This document shows positions 56,524-64,000 of a stretch of 64,000 nt of DNA, one piece after another. This DNA is from Thermoanaerobaculia bacterium (GTDB taxonomy: Bacteria > Acidobacteriota > Thermoanaerobaculia > UBA5066), in contig CAVRAY010000002.1 of the NCBI GenBank assembly GCA_963719225.1, forward strand, positions 640,001-704,000. Direction: 5' to 3'. Positions within the stretch are counted from its first letter, which is position 1. The number at the start of each line of letters is the position of its first letter. A program made the position numbers and the translations under genes. Below the pieces are notes generated by a model. The model had not been told where the DNA came from and searched no databases. It was given only the letters and a program-made list of their open reading frames with translations.

Positions 56524-57335
56524 GGCGCCCCCGGCCCCGGCCCGGTCGCGACCTTGCCCCCGCGCCTCACCCAGTCGGGCCAGCCGTCCCTGTAGACGAG
56601 GAGGTTGTCGAAGCCTCCGCCGAAGAGACGCTGGGCGAGCATGTGCGAGTCCTCGCAGTCGCCGCCGGAGCAGTAGACGACGACCGGGAGCTTCCCGTCG
56701 CGCGCCTCGTTCACGAGCGCCGTGACCTTCGTGTCCGCGTCCCCTTCCCACGGCGAGATGTTGCGTGCGCCCGGGACGTGGCCTTCCTCATAGTCCTTCG
56801 TCCGCCGCGCGTCGAGGACGAGGACGCCGTGGGCGACGAGCCACGCGGCATCGTCGCCCGAGATCTCGACGAACGGCTTGTTCGGATGGGAAGGGAAGCG
56901 GGAGAGGAGAAGACCCTTCTGCTCCCCCGCCGCGGGTGGCGCTGGAGCCGCGCCTGCGGGCTTCACGCCGGGGCCAGGGCGCTTTTCTTCGAAGGGTAAT
57001 TTGCCGGCAGCAGCGGCACGCGACGTGGCCCTCGAGGCGGCGGCGGTCGCGCGGGGCGCCGGGGAGGAAGCCCCGCCCTCATTCACCTTCGAAGAGACTT
57101 CTGACGGCGCGGCTGCTCCGGAGCCTGCAGGCGACGAGGGAGGCTGGACCGTCTGCGAGGGAGCAGAAGGTTTCTCCTCCCCCGTCTTCTTCTCCGGCGC
57201 CTTCAGGGCGTCCGGGTACGTTCCGACGAGCGGCAGCTTGCGTTCGCTGCGGGCGAGCGCGTTCGCGACGAACGCGCAGAGAACGGCGGCGGCGACGAGC
57301 GTGAGGGCCTCGCCGAAATGGCGCTTGAGATTCAC
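56520..57335 (-). CDS. Membrane-anchored rhodanese-domain protein
   Basis: N-terminal TM helix, LDARR..YEEGHVPGA, VVYCSGGDC, GWPDW. Start refined to GTG 57335, 7 nt after TAGAAT. Confidence 0.88.
   Translation of the reverse strand: MNLKRHFGEALTLVAAAVLCAFVANALARSERKLPLVGTYPDALKAPEKKTGEEKPSAPSQTVQPPSSPAGSGAAAPSEVSSKVNEGGASSPAPRATAAASRATSRAAAAGKLPFEEKRPGPGVKPAGAAPAPPAAGEQKGLLLSRFPSHPNKPFVEISGDDAAWLVAHGVLVLDARRTKDYEEGHVPGARNISPWEGDADTKVTALVNEARDGKLPVVVYCSGGDCEDSHMLAQRLFGGGFDNLLVYRDGWPDWVRRGGKVATGPGPGAP
56985..57096. repeat. About 112-bp element with inverted ends, in frame within the rhodanese linker
   Basis: TTCTTCGAAGGGTAAT 56985-57000 and ATTCACCTTCGAAGAG 57081-57096. Confidence 0.65.
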
Positions 57336-57431
57336 GGCAGGCATTCTATGCAAGCGCTCCGCCGCGGCAGGCCCGCCCGCGACGGGCATAGAATTCCGGA
57401 CGGTCCGCCTGGCGGGCTGCGGAAGGAACGT

Positions 57432-58727
57432 ATGGCCGAAAAGAACACGATCACGATCACGGACAACCGCACCGGGAAGACGTACGAACTGCCGGTCGAG
57501 AACGGAACGATTCGCGCGCTCGACCTGAGGAAGATCAAGACGGGCGACGAGGACTTCGGGCTCATGACGTACGACCCCGCGTTCACGAACACGGCGTCGT
57601 GCAAGTCGGCCATCACGTTCATCGACGGCGACAAGGGCATCCTCGAGTACCGCGGATACCCGATCGAGCAGCTCGCGGAGAAGTCAACGTTTCTCGAGGT
57701 CGCGTGGCTCCTCCTCAAGGGCGAGCTCCCGACGGCGTCCGAGCTGAAGGAATTCACGCACCACATCTCGATCCACACGTACCTCCACGAGAACCTCAAG
57801 AAGCTCATGGAGGGCTTCCGCCACGACGCGCACCCGATGGGGATGCTGCTCTCGACGGTCGGGGCGCTCTCGACGTTCTACCCGGACGCCAAGAAAGTGT
57901 TCGACAAGAAGTGCCGCGACCACCACATCACGCGCCTGATCTCGAAGATGCCGACGATCGCGGCGTTCACGTACCGCCACACGATCGGCTTTCCGTACGT
58001 CTACCCGGACAACGAGCTGTCCTACACGGGCAACTTCCTCTCGATGATGAAGAAGATGGCCGAGCCGACGTACAAGGTGGACCCGGTGCTCGAGAGGGCG
58101 CTCGACGTTCTCTTCATTCTCCACGCGGACCACGAGCAGAACTGCTCGACGAACGCGATGCGCTCCGTCGGCTCCGCCCAGACCGATCCGTACTCGAGCG
58201 TCGCGGCGGCGACGGCCGCACTCTACGGACCTCTCCACGGCGGCGCGAACGAGGCCGTCCTCAAGATGCTCCACGAGATCGGCGACATCAAGAACGTCCC
58301 CGCGTTCGTGAAGGACGTCAAGGAAGGGCACGGCGAGAAGCGCCTCATGGGCTTCGGCCACCGCGTCTACAAGAACTACGACCCGCGCGCGACGGTCATC
58401 AAGAAGCTCGCGGAGCAGGTGTTCGAGGTCACCGGGAAGAACCCGCTCCTCGGGATCGCGCTCGAGATGGAGCGCATCGCGCTCCAGGACGACTACTTCG
58501 TCAAGAGGAAGCTCTACCCGAACGTCGACTTCTACTCCGGCCTCATCTACGAGGCGATGGGCTTCCACACGGACTTCTTCACGGTCCTGTTCGCGATCCC
58601 GAGGACGGCCGGCTGGCTCGCCCAGTGGCAGGAGCTCGTGGAGGACCCGGAGCAGAAGATCGCACGGCCGCGCCAGATCTTCACGGGCTCGGCGCGGCGC
58701 GACTACAAGCCGATCGACAAGCGCTGA
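57432..58727 (+). CDS. gltA: Citrate synthase
   Basis: YDPAFTNTASC, YRGYPIEQL, LHADHEQNCST, GPLHGGANE, MGFGHRVYK, YPNVDFYSG. ATG 57432 follows AAGGA. Confidence 0.97.
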   Translation: MAEKNTITITDNRTGKTYELPVENGTIRALDLRKIKTGDEDFGLMTYDPAFTNTASCKSAITFIDGDKGILEYRGYPIEQLAEKSTFLEVAWLLLKGELPTASELKEFTHHISIHTYLHENLKKLMEGFRHDAHPMGMLLSTVGALSTFYPDAKKVFDKKCRDHHITRLISKMPTIAAFTYRHTIGFPYVYPDNELSYTGNFLSMMKKMAEPTYKVDPVLERALDVLFILHADHEQNCSTNAMRSVGSAQTDPYSSVAAATAALYGPLHGGANEAVLKMLHEIGDIKNVPAFVKDVKEGHGEKRLMGFGHRVYKNYDPRATVIKKLAEQVFEVTGKNPLLGIALEMERIALQDDYFVKRKLYPNVDFYSGLIYEAMGFHTDFFTVLFAIPRTAGWLAQWQELVEDPEQKIARPRQIFTGSARRDYKPIDKR

Positions 58728-58728
58728 G

Positions 58729-59823
58729 TCAGCGGGCCGGCGGCGTCGGGAGCGCGGCCGCCGCCGGGCGCTGCGGGGACGTGGAGCTCACGGGCAGCTG
58801 GAAGACGTTCTGGAACACGAACAGACCCACGACCGTGAAGACGAGCGCGGCGAGTGGCGCGGCGACCCAGCCGATCGCGATGTTGACGAGCACGCGGTGA
58901 CGGATGCCGCTCTTCCTCACGAGCGCGATCCCGAGAATCGCGCCGACGATCGCCTGCGAGCCCGAGATGGGGACGAGTGGCCACCCCGGCAGTCCCCACG
59001 ATTTCAGGAACGCCTGGAGGGCCGTCGACCCGAAGACGAAGAGCGACGTGGACGCGGCGAAGACCACGATGAGGGCCGCGAGCGGCGAGAGCAGGGTCAG
59101 CCCCGCACCGAGACGCATCATGATCCGCTCCGAGTACGTCACGATGCCGGAGGCGATCGCGAGACCGCCGACGAAGAAGAGCATCTCGACGCTCGTGGCT
59201 CGAAACGGGCCGAGGCCGATCGCTTCCGGGAAAGGCGAGACACGGACGAAGACGCCCATGACGTTCGCAATCGCGTTCTGGCCGAGGCTGAAGGCCGCAA
59301 AGGCGCCGACGGTGATCAGCGTAGCTCGCATCCAGGCGTCCACCTCGAGGAGGTGCACCTTCATACGCGGGATCGCGGCGCGCGCGCCCACGAACAGCAG
59401 CGCGGCGACCGTGCCGGCGAGCGCGGGGCTCACGAACCACGACGAGAGGAGCGTCGTGAGCGTGAGAAGGTCCGTCGGACGACCGGTGAAGAGGTTCCAG
59501 CCCACGATCGCGCCGACGATCGACTGGGAGATCGAGACGGGGAGGCTGTTCTTCGCCAGGAAGAGGACCACGGCGAGGCCCGCGGCGAGCGCGACGACGA
59601 ACGCCCCCGCGGGGGCGTCGATCGAGCCCAGCCGTCCCAGGGTCTGCGTCGTCCCGTGCGCGCCCGCGACCGCCCCGATCACGACGAAGAAGGCCGCGAT
59701 CCAGGCCGCGGTCCGAAAGCGGACCATCTTCGTCCCGACGGCGGTCCCGAAGATGTTCGCGCCGTCGTTCGCGCCGAGCGACCACCCGAGGAAGATCCCG
59801 CTGAGGAGGAAGACCCAGGTCAC
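58729..59823 (-). CDS. Inorganic phosphate transporter, PiT family
   Basis: GANDGANIFGTAVG, PVSISQSIVGA, second repeat GQNAIAN and PISGSQAIVGA. Confidence 0.9.
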   Translation of the reverse strand: MTWVFLLSGIFLGWSLGANDGANIFGTAVGTKMVRFRTAAWIAAFFVVIGAVAGAHGTTQTLGRLGSIDAPAGAFVVALAAGLAVVLFLAKNSLPVSISQSIVGAIVGWNLFTGRPTDLLTLTTLLSSWFVSPALAGTVAALLFVGARAAIPRMKVHLLEVDAWMRATLITVGAFAAFSLGQNAIANVMGVFVRVSPFPEAIGLGPFRATSVEMLFFVGGLAIASGIVTYSERIMMRLGAGLTLLSPLAALIVVFAASTSLFVFGSTALQAFLKSWGLPGWPLVPISGSQAIVGAILGIALVRKSGIRHRVLVNIAIGWVAAPLAALVFTVVGLFVFQNVFQLPVSSTSPQRPAAAALPTPPAR

Positions 59824-59838
59824 GGCCGGAGGCTCCCG

Positions 59839-60483
59839 TCAGATCGTCCGCTTGATCGTGTAGATGGACAGCCGGTCCGCGACGTCCTCGGCGCGGTCCG
59901 AGAGCGTCTCGACGTGGAGGCAGAAGTACCGGAGGTGGATCTTGTGTGCGAGGTCCATGTCCGCCGCGAAGATGCGGCGCTTCAGGCGGTCCGCAAGGCG
60001 GTCCGCCTCTTTCTCGTAGAAGTAGACCTTGTGGATGTGGTCGGGGACGGCCGTGATGTCCCGGAAGAAGGCGCGCACCGCCGACACGAGGTGCTGCGCG
60101 CCCTCGACGCCCGCCTTCGCGAGCTCGAGGTAGTCGTCCGCGAGATCGGGGGGGATCTCGGGCCTCTCGACGGCGAACTGGCTCAGCGTCTTCTTCGCCT
60201 CGTCGATCACGTTGTCGATGTTCTCGAGGAGCCCGAGGACGTCGCCGCGGTGGTCGGGGATGAGCGATTCGCGGTAGAGGCGCGTCTCGATCTCGCGCCT
60301 GAGGGCGTCCGCCTTGCTCTCGAACGTGGCGATCGCCTTGAGGTGCTGCTCGAAGCGTTCCTCGTCCCTCTGGAGGTAGTCCGCGATGCCGAGCTGGAAG
60401 ACGAGCGTTCCCTCGCTGATCGCGTCGAGCAGCTCGTCGATCTGCGCCTCGAGGGCGCGGGTGCGGCGAAAGAGTAGGGTCAT
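59839..60483 (-). CDS. DUF47/PhoU-like phosphate transport regulator
   Basis: ESKADALRR, RGDVLGLLE..D, EKEADRL, LSDRAEDVADRL. ATG 60483 overlaps the upstream stop. Confidence 0.9.
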   Translation of the reverse strand: MTLLFRRTRALEAQIDELLDAISEGTLVFQLGIADYLQRDEERFEQHLKAIATFESKADALRREIETRLYRESLIPDHRGDVLGLLENIDNVIDEAKKTLSQFAVERPEIPPDLADDYLELAKAGVEGAQHLVSAVRAFFRDITAVPDHIHKVYFYEKEADRLADRLKRRIFAADMDLAHKIHLRYFCLHVETLSDRAEDVADRLSIYTIKRTI

Positions 60484-61124
60484 CCCACCTCCATCCCCAC
60501 CACGCGCTTGGCGGCCCTCAGGTAGTTCGTGTTCGGCATGGACGCGATTCCGAGCCCCTCGACGACCGCCTTCATCCCCGCGTAGTTCTCGCTCTCGGCG
60601 CAGGCCGACTCCACCATCGCGCCGTTGAACCACACCTGCGCGTACTCGCAGATGACGCCGTCGATCGTGAAGCCCCAGCGCATCTTCTCGACCGAGACGG
60701 CCGCGAGGTCGGGGTGCGTGCGGGCAAGCGCGATGAAGTCGTCGATGGAGTACGTGTCGCGGTCCAAAGGCATCTCGACCTTGAGGCTCGCGAGGATCGT
60801 GGCGAGATCGGCCTTCCTCACGGGGAACTGGAACTTTCCCCGGGGCTGGAAGATCTCGTAGCCCTCGGGCGTGTCGCCGACCCTCGTCTTGATGTCGAGC
60901 AGGCCCTCGCGCACCTTCACGTTCGCCTCGTTCGTGCGGGAGCTCAGGAAGTATGTCTCGGCCGGCATCTTGCGGGCCTGGAAGAGAACGGTCTTCCCGT
61001 TCCACATCCGGTCCTTCACGACGTCGATCACGGCCCTGCCGAAGACCCGGAACTCGGCGCGGGGGACGATCCTGGCGGCCTCCTCGGCCGACGTCGCGGT
61101 GTTTCGGGCAAACGGATCGGACAT
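60480..61124 (-). CDS. Hypothetical protein, probable divergent CYTH/triphosphate-tunnel fold
   Basis: RAEFRVF (E-x-basic start), ETYFLS, NVKVR..LLDIK, VEKMRWGFTIDGVICE, CAESE and terminal NY mirror the CYTH motif order. AAGGAG SD. Confidence 0.55.
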   Translation of the reverse strand: MSDPFARNTATSAEEAARIVPRAEFRVFGRAVIDVVKDRMWNGKTVLFQARKMPAETYFLSSRTNEANVKVREGLLDIKTRVGDTPEGYEIFQPRGKFQFPVRKADLATILASLKVEMPLDRDTYSIDDFIALARTHPDLAAVSVEKMRWGFTIDGVICEYAQVWFNGAMVESACAESENYAGMKAVVEGLGIASMPNTNYLRAAKRVVGMEVG

Positions 61125-61133
61125 GGATGCTCC

Positions 61134-61871
61134 TTATCGAGTCTTCGCGGGCTCGTTGCCCGCAGAGACGAGGTCACGGAACTTGACGAGATAGAGGGCG
61201 GACAGGACGACTCCCGCCACGAGCCAAAGCGGAGACCTTCGGCTCGGCACGACCTCCAGCTGCATCGACGTGTCGTCGCCCTGGTCGACGTCGCCGAGCC
61301 TCAGGAGCGCGTTCTGCCGGTCGTCTTCGCCGCCGAGCCGGACGCGCGGCTCCGCCTCGAACGTCGTCTGCTTCGGGAGCTGCTCGCGGATGGCCTGAAA
61401 GCGGAAACCCGCTGGGAGGGTCACGAGGACACGGAAGTCCTTGATGAGCGTGACCTGCGAGTTCACGAAGGCGTACCGGAGCATGCGGCTGTCGCGGGGC
61501 ATCGTCATCTTCACTCCCGGCGCGGGGACCGGGGCCCTTGCGAAGATCCTCGGGACGTCGAAGCTGAACGCGAGCCGGCTCGCGCCGGTCGTTGCAGGCG
61601 GCAGAGTCACCTGGAACGTGGCCGCCTCGCCCTGGGGCGACTCCAGGCGAAGTCCTTCCGTGGCTTCCGTCAGCCGGAAATTCGTCGCGGCGCCATGGCT
61701 GAGGGGAACCACGACCGTCTCCGAGGGGCCGCCCGCGATGACGAGCGTCGTCGTCCCGCGGCCCGCGCCGCCGGCGTCGACGTCCAGACGCGTCACGTAT
61801 TCCCGGATCTCCGCCGCGGAGGCGGCGCCCGGGAGGGACGCGAGAAGCGCAAACGCGAGGATCCTCTTCAT
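61134..61871 (-). CDS. Hypothetical exported beta-rich protein with C-terminal membrane anchor
   Basis: Signal peptide MKRILAFALLASLPGAASAA, alternating beta-strand pattern, C-terminal PLWLVAGVVLSALYLV. ATG overlaps the DASS stop. Confidence 0.75.
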   Translation of the reverse strand: MKRILAFALLASLPGAASAAEIREYVTRLDVDAGGAGRGTTTLVIAGGPSETVVVPLSHGAATNFRLTEATEGLRLESPQGEAATFQVTLPPATTGASRLAFSFDVPRIFARAPVPAPGVKMTMPRDSRMLRYAFVNSQVTLIKDFRVLVTLPAGFRFQAIREQLPKQTTFEAEPRVRLGGEDDRQNALLRLGDVDQGDDTSMQLEVVPSRRSPLWLVAGVVLSALYLVKFRDLVSAGNEPAKTR

Positions 61872-63430
61872 TTCGGCATTGCCCAGAACGACGGCGTGAT
61901 CCCGAGCCAGTGGAACCACGTGGCGGCGGAGAGGACGAGAAGGACGAGCCCGACCGTGCAGACGGTGATCCCGTACTTGAAGTTGTCGATCACGGAGTAC
62001 TGGTTCGTGGAGAAGAGAATCACGTTCGGCTTCCCGCTGATCGGGAGGCCGACGACCCAGTCGATCGTGAGCGCCGCGGGAAGCGCGAGCGACACGGGAT
62101 CCCAGCCGAGGGCTTTCGCCATCGTGATGATGATCGGGATCATGATGATCGTGCGGACGGTCTTCGAGGTCGTGAGCAGGTGGCTGTACATCATCACGGC
62201 CACGATGATCGTGAAAGCGGCGCCGAACGGGATCGTCTTGAGGTCCATCCCCCCGAACAGCTGCCGCACGCCCCACTCCGCCGCGCCCGTCCCGTCGAGG
62301 GCGAGTCCGCCGGCGTAGGCGCCCGCGCTGAAGATCAGGAGGTGCCACGGGATGTCGGCCTCCTGCCATTGCAGGACGCCCCAGCGCGGAAACAGGACGA
62401 GGACGGCGCCGAGGAGGGCGGCGAACGGCGCGCTGATCTCCACGCCGAACCAACGCATGTGGAAGATGTCCGTCATCCAGAGGACGAGGACGAGGGTGAA
62501 GATGGCGATGGCCTTCTTCTCCGGGAAGCTCAGCGGCCCCATGGCGGCGTGCTGCGCCTCGATCAGCGGGAGGCCTCCGCCCACGCTCGGGACCTGATCG
62601 GCCTGAGGGATCGGGAAGATCACCTTCCGGCCGAGGAACCAGATGATCAGCATCGTCACGATGGCGATCGGCGCGCCCGCGCGCATCCAGTCCATGTAGT
62701 AGATGCGGTGGCCGCCCATGCTCTCGATGAACCCGACGGCGATGAGGTTCGCGCTCGACCCCGTCATGCTGACGGACGAGAGCACGGAGATCCCCGCGAG
62801 GTTCAGCAGGAACATGTTCTTGCCGAAGTTGTTCGGGTGCGCCTCGCTCGACCCGTAGATGTTCGCGACGACGATCATCAGGGGCAGCGTCATGACGCAG
62901 CGGGCGGCCGTCGCGGGAATGAGCGGGGCGAGGGCGAGCTGGATGATCACGAACGCGAGGAGCGCCCAGGAGGCCTTGCGCCCGAACTTCACGATGAGGA
63001 AGAGCGACATCCGCTTGGCGAGTCGCGTCTTCACGAGCATCGCGGCGAGGATGAAGGCGAGGAGGTTGAGCCAGATGACCTCCATGCCGAGGACGTCCAT
63101 GATCGGCTTGGCCGCCGAGGTGCGCGTCACGAGCAGGAGGAACATCAGGACGAGGGACGTGACGTACGTCGGGAACGGCTCCGTGACCCACCAGGTCAGC
63201 GCGAGCAGGAAGCAGGCGGTGCCCGATTGCGCCGCCGCGCTGAGCCCCATGCCGGGCGGCAGGTAGAGGATCAGGAGAAAAAGGGCGATGCCTCCCGGAA
63301 ACCCGAGGTAGCGCATCCAGCGCTCCGTCGCGCTCTGCGCGTCCCGGGGCTTCGCCGACAGGGTCATCTTCTCCATGTCCAGGAGTTCCTGGAGCGTGGG
63401 AGCCCGGGCCGGAATCGCGCTGGACGCCAC
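61868..63430 (-). CDS. DASS/SLC13 family anion transporter
   Basis: WWVTEPFP..VTSL, LAKRMSL, PATAAR, TGSSANL, IPWHLLIF, GLPISGKPN and many TM helices. Confidence 0.9.
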   Translation of the reverse strand: MASSAIPARAPTLQELLDMEKMTLSAKPRDAQSATERWMRYLGFPGGIALFLLILYLPPGMGLSAAAQSGTACFLLALTWWVTEPFPTYVTSLVLMFLLLVTRTSAAKPIMDVLGMEVIWLNLLAFILAAMLVKTRLAKRMSLFLIVKFGRKASWALLAFVIIQLALAPLIPATAARCVMTLPLMIVVANIYGSSEAHPNNFGKNMFLLNLAGISVLSSVSMTGSSANLIAVGFIESMGGHRIYYMDWMRAGAPIAIVTMLIIWFLGRKVIFPIPQADQVPSVGGGLPLIEAQHAAMGPLSFPEKKAIAIFTLVLVLWMTDIFHMRWFGVEISAPFAALLGAVLVLFPRWGVLQWQEADIPWHLLIFSAGAYAGGLALDGTGAAEWGVRQLFGGMDLKTIPFGAAFTIIVAVMMYSHLLTTSKTVRTIIMIPIIITMAKALGWDPVSLALPAALTIDWVVGLPISGKPNVILFSTNQYSVIDNFKYGITVCTVGLVLLVLSAATWFHWLGITPSFWAMPK

Positions 63431-63437
63431 CGTCAGA

Positions 63438-63911
63438 TCAGGTCCTGCCCCAGTTCTTGAAGGGGTTCTTGAGGAGGTTGGAGTTGAAGTACCGCGGGTC
63501 GCTCGAGACTTCCTCCCCCGCCCAGTCCGGACGGGCGAACGTCTCGGTCTCGCTCTTGAGCTCGATCTCGGCGACCACGAGGCCTTCGTTTTCGCCGTGG
63601 AAGACGTCGATCTCCCACCTCTTCCCGCCGTGAACTTCCGCGTGGCGGTGCTTGTCGATGAGGGGCTTCTCGCAGAGGTGATCGAGGAGGATCGAGGCGT
63701 CTTCGACGGGGATCACGTACTCGAATTCTGAACGGGTCACGCCCGTCGTGACACCCTTGATCGTGAGCTTCGCCCGGGCGCCCTCGATGCGAACGCGTAC
63801 GACCCTCTCCTTCTGCGTGTTCAGGTAGCCCTGCTTGAAGTGGATACCCTCGTCCTGCGGCTTCCAGGCCGCGGTCTTCACGAGGAACTTGCGTTCGATC
63901 TCTTTTGCCAT
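63438..63911 (-). CDS. CYTH-domain triphosphate tunnel metalloenzyme (inorganic triphosphatase-like)
   Basis: EIERKFLV, QGYL, VRVRI, LTIKG, RSEFEY, IDKHR, WEIDVF, AEIEL, EVSSDPRYFN. Confidence 0.92.
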   Translation of the reverse strand: MAKEIERKFLVKTAAWKPQDEGIHFKQGYLNTQKERVVRVRIEGARAKLTIKGVTTGVTRSEFEYVIPVEDASILLDHLCEKPLIDKHRHAEVHGGKRWEIDVFHGENEGLVVAEIELKSETETFARPDWAGEEVSSDPRYFNSNLLKNPFKNWGRT

Positions 63912-63944
63912 GAGGTCTCTCCAGGGCCCTCGAGCCCGATCGTT

Positions 63945-64000
63945 TCAGAGCTTCAGGGCTCGCTTGAGCCCAAGGGGGTAGTTGATGTTCTGTCGGCTGA
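63945..64000 (-). CDS. C-terminal end of an upstream gene, possibly another CYTH-like paralog (partial)
   Basis: My translation SRQNINYPLGLKRALKL-TGA resembles the C-terminus NTNYLRAAKRVVGM of 60480-61124. Only 17 residues are visible. Confidence 0.45.
   Translation of the reverse strand, partial: SRQNINYPLGLKRALKL

Noticed and set aside
63444-63458. TTCTTGAAGGGGTT resembling the intragenic motif
   Set aside because: Explained by ordinary codons for NPFKN; no partner copy and no AT-enriched patch.
1-64000. CRISPR arrays, prophage, IS/transposase, integron, rRNA or tRNA genes
   Set aside because: No regularly spaced repeats, recombinase or transposase motifs, phage genes or stable-RNA signatures seen by eye. 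A short tRNA or sRNA could still have been missed without a covariance search.

Overview
64 kb of very GC-rich bacterial chromosome. Gene content (MqnD, icd/aceK/gltA, MacB-type ABC cluster with a sigma-54 two-component system, Hanks-type kinases, secreted peptidases) suggests an Acidobacteriota-like organism, but that is inference only. It holds about 50 mostly housekeeping or accessory CDSs. I saw no rRNA, tRNA, CRISPR array, integrase or transposase. Most long ORFs in the supplied track are GC-rich shadow frames, and many true starts lie downstream of the listed ones. Signals not explained by ordinary annotation: (1) an unannotated stand-alone transcription unit at 141-523 (minus strand) with a sigma-70 promoter, boxA-like motif, long hairpin leader, perfect Shine-Dalgarno, a 20-aa Lys-rich ORF (MPAKKKAAKKSTKKGKKGKK) and an intrinsic terminator; (2) a recurring inverted motif pair TTCTTCGAAG(G)GTGAA...TTCACCTTCGAAGAA sitting in AT-enriched patches inside four unrelated genes (murF, purK, a Ser/Thr kinase, a rhodanese); (3) a tightly coupled operon of up to three CYTH-like proteins, a DASS transporter, a surface-anchored protein, DUF47 and PiT, possibly for condensed-phosphate use; (4) an esterase / ATP-grasp / YbdK amidoligase set; (5) several apparent pseudo-enzymes; (6) pervasive leaderless gene starts; (7) a complete sigma-54 enhancer-IHF-promoter architecture. 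Two single-base frameshifts and a start-less murF may be assembly errors.
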